A stretch of 64,000 nt of DNA from Owenia fusiformis (lineage: Eukaryota), in assembly GCA_903813345.2 (NCBI GenBank), contig CAIIXF020000001.1, positions 13,330,001 through 13,394,000 on the forward strand, read 5' to 3'. This document shows, one piece after another, positions 26,379 through 39,594 of this stretch. A model generated the notes under the pieces. It saw only the letters and a list, made by a program, of their open reading frames with translations, made no database searches and was not told the origin of the DNA. Numbering within the stretch: the stretch's first letter is position 1; every line of letters begins with the position of its first letter. A program made the translations under genes and the position numbers.

Positions 26379-29300
26379 TTAAAAGGGAGCAGATGACAAC
26401 ATCTTGTCCATTCCTGGAGGGATCACCACAGTTTTGGTGAAGAGGGCTCTTCCGCTTATAACTTTGTTAAGCTGATATTGTTCAATTATGTGAGCAATTG
26501 CATCGGGTGCTGGTTCACATACGTACAACTGAATCCTCGGTTTAACGGGTAACCGTCGAACCATTTCGTTGAATAACGAGTTTGCTATCGCATTTGTGTT
26601 TGCCATGAACGGAGCCACTATAAAGACATCGCCAACCCCTCGAACTGTTAAGTATCCACAAACATTACCACCGATTTTTGCGATTAAAAACATATCACTA
26701 TCCCTGTTTCCATTTTCTTCAAGAAATCGCCTTCTACTGTATCCTTGATATCCTGTTATGGCCTCATCGTATGCAATGACGTCATCCATATGGGTTGAAT
26801 CGCCAATAATGACGCTTCCATCAAATATTGCTGGTTCCAGAGTGATTTCACTGTTAACAATACCATTATATATACCAATAGCATACCCTTCGTGTTTATA
26901 TCCGCACTTGTCTTTATACAGTCCAGCAATGGCGTCCACGGAGTTAACCATAAGATTGCGGTCTCCTAAACATGTTTTAGAAGCAGCTACAAGTTGTCGT
27001 GCGATACCACGATTTCGCATGTCATCTCTCACAATTATTCTCGTTCCTATACCAAGTGATGGATTTATATCACACCATTGTGCAAAACCTAAAAATGCAA
27101 CAATGAGATATATTGACGTAACACCTTAATCTTAAAACAGACGGACGGACGAATGCAAAGACGAGAACCCGACAAATGAACACTGGACGGTAGACGTACA
27201 AATTGGTAAACAAATGTGTTAAACAAATGTGTGTACCTATGGGCCTATCACTATCATCGACAGCTACAATCCCTTTATCGCCGTAAACTCGCAGATACAT
27301 CTAAAAATATAAGTACAACTTTAATAAACTAGTGATTGTAACGCGGAATATGGCATATATTCATGGTTGCGCGGTATTTGTGATACGAGTGAATACTGCC
27401 ATACTGACCTGTGGTATATGGCATATTCTGCAGGTGAGTATGGCGTATTCCGCAGTGAATATGCGATACATTGGTTTCAGTGAAAACCCGATACTCATTG
27501 CGGTATATGTCATATTCTCCTGCGGAACATGGCATACTCACCTGCGGAATATGCCATATAGCGGTGAAAACGCGATACAGAAAGCCTCGATTTGATTGGT
27601 CAAAAGAATCGATTCTAAATATAAAACTATGCTGGGTTACCAATGTTGTTAGCGCTTCGAGTACTAATAAATAAAGCTTGAATTGACCTTTTTCCATATA
27701 ATGGAAAAATAGATGGCAATATGGGTACTGGTAGGGCTATGGTAGGGCTAGAATCAAAGTTGTTTTGATAGAAAATTACACACAGAATTCAAATATGCCA
27801 TCAAATAGAATAAAATGTTAGTTTTTAATGGTTAAAATGCAGACCTCCAAAAATCTCATTAAAAACGAGATTTTAACGAGATTTCAAAACTATATGGAAA
27901 AAATACCATTGATTAAGCACGTTTATTACGTATAATTGCTAAATGATGATTCTGAAAGTATCAGGAATGTGTAAACTGTGAGAGCCAATACAATAATACA
28001 TGAATACTCGTGTTTTTGTAGCTTTTCATCTGGTCTATGTCAACAGTTGATTTGGTTATTAAAATCATTCATCACTCATTAAGCTCCACGAATGTTGGTT
28101 CGTTTATTTATGCCTTTATAATGTTTTCCTTGAATTAGTGTGTATTTGCGTGTAACACATACATAAAACAACATCAAACAATACAGGTACCACTGGTGTA
28201 TGTTATTCAATTGTATTAGTTTATATGTTCAGTGCACTGACCTGTTGATTCGGCAATCTTTAATTTATAAATCTTTGCCCCTTTGTGAATTAATGTACTT
28301 GACAACTGCGTACTTCCGTATCGCGTTCTCATTGATTAGTGAGTATGCCATAAACCGCAGGAGAATCTGTCATACACCACAAGTGTATATGCCATATTCG
28401 TCGCGGGATATGACATATACTATTGTGTTTACCGCGTAACAGTGATCGCCAATGTATTAGCACCTCAACTGAAACACTCGATTCTGATTGGTTGATTAGC
28501 GAAAAAACATGGTAGACGGACATTTTGTAAACGTTGATGGAAGTGATATTTTGACTTTACTAGACGACAAATAGAAATGTAAAATTAACATTAATTTACT
28601 AATGAGTACGCATTGCTGGAATGGTTCGGAGGAAATATTGTGAAATGAAGCCATGCCGATTGATGATTGTCGTCTTTATGTGTATTATTAGTTTCTTCGG
28701 ACTAACAAAACAATTGTAGACCTCTCCATTCGGTCAACCGTCAAAATCATATACCTCGACTGTAAATCTTGAAACTACTGTTGACCTCGACCTTCAGTCT
28801 CTGTCAACAGTAGTTTATCGGTTTACAGTCTCGGTTTACAATTTTGCAGGTTGACCTCTGGAGAGGTCAACAAGTGTATACTGTGAAGGTCAAGAAGGTC
28901 TCAACTCGCTTCAAATTGACCAAAAACCTAAACAATAGAAAGAATGTCTAAATATCCCAGATGCGAGTAAAAATAATCTTGATTTACGTCATTAAAAATT
29001 CACAATTCAGTCAAACTGATGTCATATTTGGAAATGGGTTTTGAAAAGAGTTTATCAACTTTGAAAATTTAATTTTCTTTGAAAATGTGACTTCTAGGTC
29101 GGGGAGATTCCCCATAGACCCCATGCTGTAAAACCATGCTGTGTTGGGTAGATAATATTTTCTTTTACTGGACATATTTTAATTTGTATAACTATCAGAT
29201 ACATAAAGGTAATATGAAAAGTGAACCACTAAAGCTGATGCATATTCAAGTTTAAAGGAATTTTGTAATACCTTGCCATGTTAATTCCCCCGAATAAGCC

Positions 29301-29968
29301 ACCTGGTGGCGGAACAGGTAACTACCAACTCGCATCTGAGTAATTATTTTTTGACGAATTTCGGCCTCGTTTCTGGCTACACTCATTTATTATCAAGCTT
29401 TGTTGACAGCTGGAGATCTCTCTTGAGGTCAATTGGCAAAATTGTATACTGATACTGTAAACCTTGAAAGTACTGTTGACCGAGACCGGATGTCGAGATC
29501 AACAGTACTCTCAGGGTTTACTGTTGAGGAATACACTTTTGCCAGTTGACCGAATAGAGAGGTTAACAATTGTTTTGTTAGTCCGGAGAATATAATAATT
29601 GGAAGGATATATTATCGAATATCACGTGAATATATTTGGTATAATATTTTAGCAAAAAATCCCCAAACCGTAGAACATTTGTAATTTGTTTCACGAGTTA
29701 TTTTTCAATTTTTTTCAAAATTAAAAAAAATTCAACATTTATTCAAAAGTAGCGGTCAACAGTACCTAGTAGCGGTCAACAGTATATATCGCTGACCGCT
29801 CATCAACCAATTAGAATTGAGTATTTCAATTGAGGTACTAACAATATCAGTTATTACCTCGAGTAGTTCCTTATCTGCGTTCCAATGGTTTTCTTGCATC
29901 CATCTTGCCGGCTCTGCTAGATCCTCAATACGAGCAGGACGAATCTTAACACCGTCTACATTGGCCAT
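26379..29968 (-). CDS. GNAT acyltransferase paralog A, copy 3 (intact, ~294 aa)
   Basis: Exons 29968-29858, 27300-27237 and 27088-26379 splice in frame. Motifs MRNRGIARQL, YDEAITGYQGYSRRRFL and VAPFMA. Intron positions and phases match paralog B. Confidence 0.88.
28458..28878. mobile_element. Hairpin-type insertion, unit-3-specific
   Basis: Absent at ~15401 (AATGTATACTGTG). Contains an imperfect palindrome GACCTCTCC...GGAGAGGTC (~28719-28868). Confidence 0.65.
28953..29342. mobile_element. ~390-bp MITE, unit-3-specific
   Basis: TIR CAGATGCGAGT / ACTCGCATCTG with TA-like flanks. Absent at ~5652 and ~15473. Confidence 0.7.
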
Positions 29969-30684
29969 GCTAAAATATCGTTGTACATGTAGGTTATTCA
30001 CTTATCTTATGCAGATATGTCAATAGTTGGACTTCGTGTCAATATAGTCTCTAGTCCTGTACACGTCTGGGTTTTAATTTAAGTTACTTACAGTATACTT
30101 CCTTATTTATAAAAAAATCCATATTCAGACTGTATGTACCAGTTAGATTGTAGTCTACAAACTCTGACCTGGAATCATGTACTGATGTATATGCATAGTT
30201 GCATACGATGTGGCTGCATATGATGTTTTGTTTTGCAACCCTCATAACCTAAAACCTCTTTCAAAGGATGACTGATCTAATAGAACAATTAGAAAACAGC
30301 AACTCCATGCTGTTTGCACCAAATCCCACCGAACAAAACATGTTCTGATAAATAACGGTTATTTTGAAAATGTCTTCATGAACAGAGCTCCGTTATCCCT
30401 AGGTTTCAGCATATAACTTTGAACCAAATCCGTCTGGTATTTGAGTTATCAAAGATTAGGTTTTTAAGAAAAATGGCAGCCATTTTGAATTTCAGCTGCC
30501 ATCTTGAAAACTTCTCTTTGAGCAGAGCTCCTTTATCCCTCGGCGTCAGTATATACATTTTGAATCAAATCCATCCGTTAGTATTTGAGTAACAATTCAA
30601 ATTGCGGCCATTTTGAATTGAGTAGCCATATTGAACATTCCTTCTCGAGCAGAGCTTATGGAATTTTAATCAAATCCGTCAACC

Positions 30685-31243
30685 TTACTCACGTCGAGAG
30701 CTACCATGTTAGATTTTGAAAGTATAGCTCTCCATCGTGAGGATCTCCAGCTGAAGAATTGTGACATCTAAATTTGATCAGCGCCAGTCAGCGGCTTACT
30801 GTTTGTCTCAAACTGTAGCCTACATATGGGCTCATATGTGTCTACTTTCCCCGTGCATGTAGGATCGCGGATGTGCTTCTATGGCGATCAGGAGTTCTAA
30901 TCGTTTTTTGTTCGATACCCATTTCCAATATGGCGGTTAAACGGAAATATTATCGACGCATGCGCAACTTGGGAAACGTCAAGCCGCCATATTGAATATA
31001 CCTGGCCAAAACTTTTGACACGACCAATAAAATGAAGTCCTGATCGATACATAGGGCAGTGAGACGTTCTATAGTTGAGCTGAATGAAAGATGGCGATGT
31101 AGGATACATTTTCAGGTATATAATGTGCAACATGAGTCAGCTGAATTCCCTGAAATTTTCTTTGAAGTCAGGATTCCTAATCTGTTGATTCTAGCAATAG
31201 AGAGCTATACTTTCAAAATCTAAGTAGCTCTCGACGGGAGTAA
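30685..31243. mobile_element. 559-bp MITE with an 8-bp TSD (CGTCAACC)
   Basis: TIRs of about 45 bp: TTACTCACGTCGAGAGCTAC...TTAGATTTTGAAAGTATAGCTCTC and its reverse complement. Empty sites at ~7722 and ~16797. Confidence 0.88.
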
Positions 31244-32054
31244 CGTCAACCGGTATTTGAGTCATCGCCTGGACACACGAATGGACGAACGGGTGGACGT
31301 GTCGGACGGATTGCTTTTAAATCCCCCTCGAACTTCGTTCGGTGGGATAATCAAGTCCTCGAAAGAGGTAAACCTAAATTGCTCCGTATTTCTCAATCTC
31401 ATTTAGCGTTTCCTCGCAGAAGAAATGTATATTATTTCCGTTAGAATATGTAACCCATAAAGTTCATTTATAGTCCTAATAGAAATCATCTCAACGACTT
31501 GCAATACACTTCAAGTTTCTTTACGTGGTTATGTTCAGAAATGTTCGTGGATACCTGGGGATCTGATGGGCTATAAAAAATCATGTGAATAGACGCGATA
31601 GATGCCATGGATAATGCATATCCAAAATAACTCACAGAGCATGCAAGACCTTGTGGGTATATGTGTAACTGTAGCTAAACTAAACTGGAAATGAAAAATG
31701 ACAAGGGGAGAAATAAAAACTAATTTAATGTTGAATCTTGAAATCGAACGTGTCGAATAAACATGATAAATGTGTCATAAACCACATGAGCAAAACTCAA
31801 CTCGTCGCAAATCCCTTTTAATTTGGAAATCTTAATTATGAAACGAAAAATATAAATTGTTTAATTGGATCGTTGTAAGGAACCGAATCCAGAGGTGTGG
31901 AAGAATCATATCAAGGTATATCTTGCAACATATTCATCGTGTACTCAGTATTTATTTCACCTTTGACTTTCAAAGTTCATTGCTGATTTTTCCAAAACCA
32001 TAGATATGCACGGGCCTAAAACCGCTACGCATTCGTGTTTTTGTAAATTTTATA

Positions 32055-32520
32055 GTTAGTTAGTTAAATATTTATTAGAGTCTCACGCTGTAAAATATAT
32101 CAAAAACAAGAAATACAATTAAAATATAACTTGTTTTGCACTAAAATTGAGTAAAGATAAAACAAACAGCCCAGCCGGCACCGGCTTATGTGAGACTTTA
32201 AACAGTTCATAACATTGAAGAATAGTTTTAAACTTTAAGAGTCTACTTTGCTAGTATGCGTTGCAATGGGGGGTGTACATTCTATTACAGTATTTCCCTA
32301 ATGATGGAAGGTTTTCAAAGTCAGGAATTGTATCTCTAGCTCTTTGAAAAAGGATAAAACATAATGTTTCATGTAAGGGACAGTCAATTAGAAAGTGTTG
32401 CTCGTCTTCAAGAGACTCATTTGAACAAGAACAAGTCCTATCCGCACGGGGTGTGGCACTGTATCTCCCTTCTATTTTTAATGGAAGTGCCCCTGGGCTA
32501 TGTTACTTCTTTGTCAAAAA
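32055..32520 (-). mobile_element. 5'-truncated non-LTR retrotransposon (LINE) 3' fragment
   Basis: The minus strand reads LPLKIEGRYSATPRADRTCSCSNESLEDEQHFLIDCP (C-terminal zinc-knuckle-like motif of LINE RT ORFs) and ends AATAAA...(TAAC)n. Absent from units 1 and 2. Confidence 0.8.
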
Positions 32521-32643
32521 AGCAGTATTTTAACAATGATTTGACGAAACAGGGCTTGCAAAAACACTTTAAGTCGAGCAATCCAGCATCTATACGAGTT
32601 TTTATTCTCATTGATCATGGGTGTACCACTGGTTCCTTAACAT

Positions 32644-34111
32644 CTAAAAAGGGGCAAACGAATAGATTTTCTCCATGGGGAAGTTTACACTGTTTTTACT
32701 GAAAAGCGCCAACTCACGGTCCATCTTCTTCAATTTATATTTCTCAGTGATATACTCGATGGACTCGGTAACAGTAAACGTGTTGAGCTCAATTGTAGAA
32801 CCTTCGGGAATCTCCGATGACAGGCATTGAATCAGCCTATTAGCAATTTTTGCAGTATCAGCATAAAATGGTGCAACTCTGTAAACGTTGTTGATAAGAT
32901 GTGCTATAAGGAACCCAACGATAATACCATCTTTAGTCGCAGATATGAGATAATTTTCAGAACCAGCAGCAAACTCAGTTAGGAAAGCTTTACGATCTTG
33001 GAGCCCGGTGATTTCCTCATCATACGCTACTATATCATCAATTGATGCAGCAACATCACGACGGACAACTTCCACAGTTGAATCCACATCTAACGCCACA
33101 TCTCTGTGTAACGAACCAAGAAATATTTCTGCATTGTAACCTTCGTGGACAAATCCATACTTCTTGTAAAAATCAACAGCATGGATATCGGCGTGTAGCC
33201 ATGCATTACGATCCCCAATGCAGGACTTGTAGGCACATACTAGTTTCTTCCCAATGCCCTTACCACGGTGTTCTTTCTTCACAATGATTTTTCCTCCAAG
33301 TCCAATATCGGGACCTAAGATATTCCATGTAGCAAATCCTATAAGATTGAAAACTTACGTATAACTAGACATTTGAATTAGATTTTGCTAATTTGTTGAG
33401 GCCCATTTATGAGATTATTTGAGGTCAATAAAAGGTAAAATCTGAAAATAAATGAGCATATGGTAGATAATACATGTTAATGAAAAAATATATTGAATTT
33501 CAACTTTTCACAAAGGGTAAAAAGGTCAACTCTCAAAATTGAGATCGGATCAATCCTTGGGAATTCGTTTTACAGGTTTTTAGGTCAATATTAGTTTAAA
33601 CAAGTTGAAATTTGATGAGCTCACCAACGGGGCTGCCTGTATTATCTTCGGCAACAATGACCCCATCTCCATAGACCCTCTTGAACAACTAAAAATGATA
33701 ATAAGATTTGAATTTTCGTTGAAAATTAACAGGCTTTGACTAACAATCTAATAGGGACATCGTCAACCATTTTTGAAATAACTAGTAAATTCACGGTAAA
33801 CTGAACCATGTATTTCCAATCTGAAATTATTTAACGTTAGGATTAATTCGATGATCATTTTAATCAATTAACTGCCTACTCATAGCCTAGATGATAATTC
33901 TTTACCGTTGAAGTGTTGAATCAGAATGGATTAGTAATGACCTAATTACACAAAGCTCTGAGAACAATAGAACAGTCTACATAAGAGACTGAGTATTGTG
34001 CAAAATATTTACCTTGAGATCTTCAACATCCTCTACCCATCCATTCTCTTGTTGCCAAGCAACAACCTCTTCAAAGTCCTCTTCCCGAGCTGGACGGATG
34101 GTTACATCCAT
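32644..34111 (-). CDS. GNAT acyltransferase paralog B, copy 3 (~285 aa)
   Basis: Exons 34111-34013, 33688-33625 and 33338-32644. Open frame. Confidence 0.88.
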
Positions 34112-37100
34112 GCTTTATTTTTAGATGATCGGTCTTATCGGTTTATTCTATTCGTGAATAAATCAGTAGTGGAGGAACTCACACAACGTGTTGTTCAATC
34201 GATCTTCTGTCTAAATGTAGTGTCAAGTGTTGATTAGAGAAAATGGGCCGAACCATAAGTTAAAAGAACCATATTACATTTTAAGAAAAATGTTTTTGTT
34301 TGGAATTTTGAAGGGGTTTTAATAGGTGAAAGGGGGTTCTGGAAATCAGAAACTCGTTCTGGTCCCAAATCGTTTAAGTTCAAAATCTGCACGAGAGAGA
34401 TAGGATGTTCCTATTATCCTACACTTAGTGTACTAAATGTTTAGAAATATCCTAATAAAGGAAATATCCTATATGGTTTTGAAAAAAATATCATTTATAT
34501 CTATGAGTGTATTGGTATCTTCACGAATGAGCGCACCGAATGAGCCCAATTGAGTGAAGATTGATACCCATGCTATTGATATCCATGTGTGGATATAATC
34601 GATATTTTCGAAAAACCATACAAGTGTCCGTTTATCTCTTTAAAATGATTACCCCCCCGTTTATCTCATTAAAATTATTACCCAGCAAAAAATGTTGAGA
34701 AATGTGAAAAAGATTTTGAGAAAATTTGAAAAATGAGGAAAAATTTGTGTGGATATAATTGATATTTTTGAAAAACATTTAAGTCTCCGTTACCTCATGG
34801 AAAATTATTACCCAGCAAAAAAATGTTGAAAAATTTGAAAAGATATGAAAAGAAATTTGAAAAATTGTAGAAAAATGGAATGCTTTTTAATTTTGGGAAA
34901 ACCTTAATATGCTTGCAAGTATGGAATAAAAACAAATTCACCGGCCTGTTTACGCAAACACCTGTAAAATAGACTTAAAGGGACGCGGGGTGGAATCATG
35001 GGCTCTGATAGAGCCCATGGTGGAATCAAAGATTTGTCCGCTGTTGGGCAGCAAGCTATTTTTCATAAAAACACCTACAAAAAGTTCATATTATTTTCTA
35101 ACTCGTATCTTTGTACGCACCAAAGAAAATTACAAATGTACCTGTCCTATGCATGCATGGGTATATCATTTGCGGGTAACCTTCACTTCTATTTGAAGTT
35201 CAGTAAGCTAGGAGTAAAAGCCGCTTGAAAACGGTGCTAGAGTATCATACTCTAAAACGTACCATTTTTTAACGTTTTAATGGCTTTCAGTGTCTGAAGG
35301 TATCCTAGAATCTAGATGTTTTGGGGGTTTTCATTTGTATTTATAAAAATTAATGATTAAATCACTCTCGGGATAGTTATCAGTGCACCAAATAAGAAAT
35401 GAAAATAAACACTGGATTTTTGAATTGATTAAATAAATATTATCTTAAATTATCTTATCTGTCATTACATTGGGCACATTTTCTGAAAACTGGCAGTGTG
35501 CCTTTCTGTTTAGAGATCTTTCCGAAAGGATAAATATTTTTCAGTCACAACTTCAGAGGGCTCAAAAAGCTGTTCCATCCTCAGGCCATCCTGTTTTGGA
35601 TAACTTTAACCATGAAAATTGCAATCCTGGTTATGTATGTTTGTTTATGTTTAAACAAACGTATGAGACGCTAAAGTTGCTCCGATTTGATGGAAAAACT
35701 TTCTAAAGTCCGTTTACACTCCCCTTAAATGATTGATGAGTGCCTGCCGGGTGCGAGGTCGGGCCCGGCCGAGTGAGGACCTCTTGTTGTAAACGCCCCA
35801 TCCACTGTGATATACACAGTGGAACACCCGTAACAGAACACCTTCCCCAAGGTTGGTGCCTGGTAGTTAAATAATACCAATGCAGACTTCATCAATTGGT
35901 CAAAATAATAACTTACAAGAGGATTGCAGGTTTGATACTGTGCATTCCCTCATTGTAAAACTCCCAATTACCGGCCAAGTGCAAGTACCGATCGACAACC
36001 AAGGATAGGTATAAAAGGGTCAAAAGTTTAAAAAAATTATTGATGGAGCCAACTGGCATTTCGCCTTAGCCACAGCCATCTTGAACATGTAAATGATATG
36101 TCTAGTGAAACTTAGTAAAAATGACTTTAAGCTATGTTCACACCAACGGCGAATGCCACGCTTTAAATCGGCAAGCAAAGCAACCATTGCATCTTTGACT
36201 CGAGAACACGATGGCAGAACAAGATCCAAAAATTCCAGATGGACCACAGCATGACCTATCTGAAGAAGACATGATGTTTGTCGTACGGCGTGAAAGAGCA
36301 CGAGAGCGTGAGGAAGCTTGTCAAGCGTAACAAAGCCTAACAAAGCGTTTCAATCCTTGATTAAAGCGTCTCAATTCGTTGGAAAGCTTGAAAGTCCTTC
36401 ATGAAAGCGTAACAAAGAGTGTCAGATATTGATGAAAGCGTCTGACATCGTGTCAGATCTCATGCCAGATCGTAGCAAATCTTGAGACATCTTAACGAAG
36501 CGTGTCAAGTGGTAAGCCTAACAGACGGTGAAGAGAATGGGGTCCCCGCTTTGAACCAAGCTCTGTTTAGCTTTCCTACGCTTAAGGTCAAGCTTTGCTG
36601 AGCTTTGTTACGGTTTGTTAAGCTTTGATACGCTCTCGGCGCTTAGGCCTAAATCAATTCGTAACAGCACGGGTAACAGAAGGCCCAAAATTTTTAAACA
36701 GTTTAAAAGTTTTTGGCGCTCTTGCCGAATACCCCGCTTTACTCCGAGCTTCGCTAAGACCTATTACGGCCCTTGATCAAGATTTTTTACGCTTTGGTGC
36801 CGCTTTATAAGCCGCTTTGAAGGGCCATAAAAAGCGCCGTTGGTGTGAACGTAGTGTAACGACCCATCAGTCTGTCTTCTCTTTTCAATGGCTTATATCT
36901 GGCCTGATGTGCCGTTACTGAGCCTTATTATTGCATTGCTTTAGTCAAAATAACTAACAATTTCACTGTTCACCAGTATGGAGTTTTACTGTATTATATA
37001 TGTCCTGTATTTGCATGTATTCTGTGGCCAGCGCCTTCATAGCGCCAATGCTAGTTTTGTTTACAGTTAATGCAGAGTGCATCTGTACTTTGCTGGCTAA

Positions 37101-38267
37101 GCCTATAGCGACTGGACATCGCCTTGTAATTGTATGAATTTTGTCTGTTAACTTTAGTAAGAGTCACCATGAGTCATAGGCTGTGTAGCCCGTCCACTAC
37201 TTCAGTTTTTGCAGTTACTCAGCTTAAGGATATAGTTCCATTGTTTATATCGCCTTGTTGTGATTATTTTGACCTATGTACGCTATTTAGTGTGTCTAAT
37301 TTATTGTATACATGTTTATATATATGTACATAACTCTACTGTGCTTCGAATTGTCTTATTTTAAAGTGTAGTTCATCTTGTTATGTGAGTAGTGATATGT
37401 AATCATGTTGTGTGATCAGTCTCTTGGAAATCTCAAAATGGTGGAACACAGGTTGCTAATTTCTCTTCAATTAAATTGGATTTATAGCAGTTTCCGTTCG
37501 TTAATCGAGGTGAATGGTGTTCTAAGGTAATTATGAAGTAGTTATTTAATTGGTCAAGAAGTTTCAACGCATTTCATTAACTGATTCAGTTGTTATTTAG
37601 AGTCAAACTTTTGATGTGATTTCCATGTAACTTTGAGTTTAAATCATGTCTTTTCTTGTTAAAATCTACCTCTTATTACGGTAATTATGCTTAATTGTTA
37701 GTGTTAATTATACCCAGTATACCGGTAGAACACGTATTGGTACCAGGGTCCCGTTTTGGAGTGAGTTTTGGGGTGATTCAAGCCATCCCAATGTACGGTA
37801 ATGGAAGCTGCAGATGGCTGTCAGGTTGCTAGCCAAATGTAGCTAGGCTCTAGTTGGAGCCATTTGCAGCCATGTAGGAGTTGCATGGTATTTGGGTATA
37901 TTTTACACTACATAAGTCAGATCTTATTCGTTATGTAACATAACTTGTATTAATGAATGATTTCCAATTGAAATAGAATTAATTAATGTTAATCTTTAAT
38001 TGCTTTTATTATGTTGTTTTATTGTGTTGGTGAGATTAACACTTATACATACACCCCCCCCCCCCCCCCCCCGACTAACATTGACTATTAACATGGACTG
38101 CGACATTTAGACTTCCCCTAATCAACGCCCCCTCCCTCAGTCACACTGGCTGTTATGCCGTATGTGACTAGTCACTCACCCCCCTCACATTCGCACTTTC
38201 CCAGATACGAGCTACAAGTGGCTACACAATTGGTGTGTGAATATAGGTGACCAGGCTGACCCCCCCT

Positions 38268-39290
38268 GGCTACATTTAGCTGCAGCCCTATAGTAACTAG
38301 TTAGTTGTCCCACACCACCCTTGGTCCGAGGCTACATTGGGCTGCAACCCTATATTGACTATTGAGGTGTCCCATACCACCCTATACCCGGGGCTACATT
38401 AGGCTGCAACCCTATATTGACTAGTGAGGTGTCCAATACCACCCTATACCCGGGGCTACATCAGGCTGCAACCCTATATTAGCTAGTGGGTTGTCCCATA
38501 CCACCCTTGGTCCAGGGCTACATTAGGCTGCAACCCTATATTAACTAGTGAGGTGTCCAATACCACCCTATACCCGGGGCTACATCAGGCTGCAACCCTA
38601 TATTAACTAGTGAGGTGTCCAATACCACCCTATACCCGGGGCTACATCAGGCTGCAACCCTATATTAACTTGTGAGGTGTCCCATACCACCCTATACCTG
38701 GGGCTACATTAGGCTGCAACCCTATATTGACTAGTGAGGTGTCCCATACCACCCTATACCCGGGGCTACATTAGGCTGCAACCCTATATTGACTAGTGAG
38801 GTGTCCCATACCACCCTATACCCGGGGCTACATTAGGCTGCAACCCTATATTGACTAGTGAGGTGTCCCATACCACCCTTTACCCGGGGCTACATTAGGC
38901 TGCAACCCTATATTGACTAGTGAGGTGTCCCATACCACCCTATACCCGGGGCTACATTAGGCTGCAACCCTATATTGACTAGTGAGGTGTCCCATACCAC
39001 CCTATACCCGGGGCTACATTAGGCTGCAACCCTATATTGACTAGTGAGGTGTCCCATACCACCCTATACCCGGGGCTACATTAGGCTGCAACCCTATATT
39101 GACTAGTGAGGTGTCCCATACCACCCTATACCCGGGGCTACATTAGGCTGCAACCCTATATTGACTAGTGAGGTGTCCCATACCACCCCATACCCGGGGC
39201 TACATCAGGCTGCAACCCTATACCAACTAGTAGGGTCCCCATACCACTCTATTCCCTGGGCTACATTGGGCTACACCCCTCTGGTATCAA
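38268..39290. repeat. 62-bp tandem array (~16 units) in the 5' LTR
   Basis: Unit GGGGCTACATTAGGCTGCAACCCTATATTGACTAGTGAGGTGTCCCATACCACCCTATACCC, with degenerate units at both edges. Confidence 0.95.
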
Positions 39291-39576
39291 GTGAGGTGAC
39301 CAATACCATTTCTCATCCTTGACTACACATAGTTATAACCCCAATGTATGTAGCAGGATGATCCTATTGACTTATCCTTACTGACTACATGTGACTTTAC
39401 TCTCACATATTAATACGGACTTAATACAGACTTATAAACCCACATGTAATTGTTTTATTATTAAATGATAATGTTGAAATGATACTGCTTTGGGAATAAG
39501 ATAACAGTCTGGGACTGTGTTATGCCAAGGCCATGCTACACTTGTATGGCAGATACATGGCCCAGGATTGTTACAC

Positions 39577-39594
39577 TGGTGGCAGCGTCGGGAT
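39577..39594 (+). other. Primer-binding site, probably for tRNA-Leu
   Basis: Lies 1 nt after the 5' LTR and is near-complementary to a tRNA-Leu 3' end (...AUCCCACCGCUGCCACCA). Confidence 0.7.

Larger units (their letters stand above)
22758..34409. repeat. Tandem segmental duplication unit 3 (expanded by extra TE insertions)
   Basis: Same gene order. Homology with units 1 and 2 stops after TAGGATGTT (34401-34409). Confidence 0.93.

Noticed and set aside
34975-35728. Possible TTAA-flanked MITE
   Set aside because: The ends match only weakly and there is no empty site in the window to confirm the boundaries.
37130-37333. Identical 67-aa ORFs at 37130 and 42569
   Set aside because: Chance ORF within the LTR, duplicated along with it.
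38268-39290. CRISPR-like appearance of the 62-bp array
   Set aside because: The units are whole-length tandem repeats with no unique spacers, there are no cas genes, and the context is a eukaryotic LTR.
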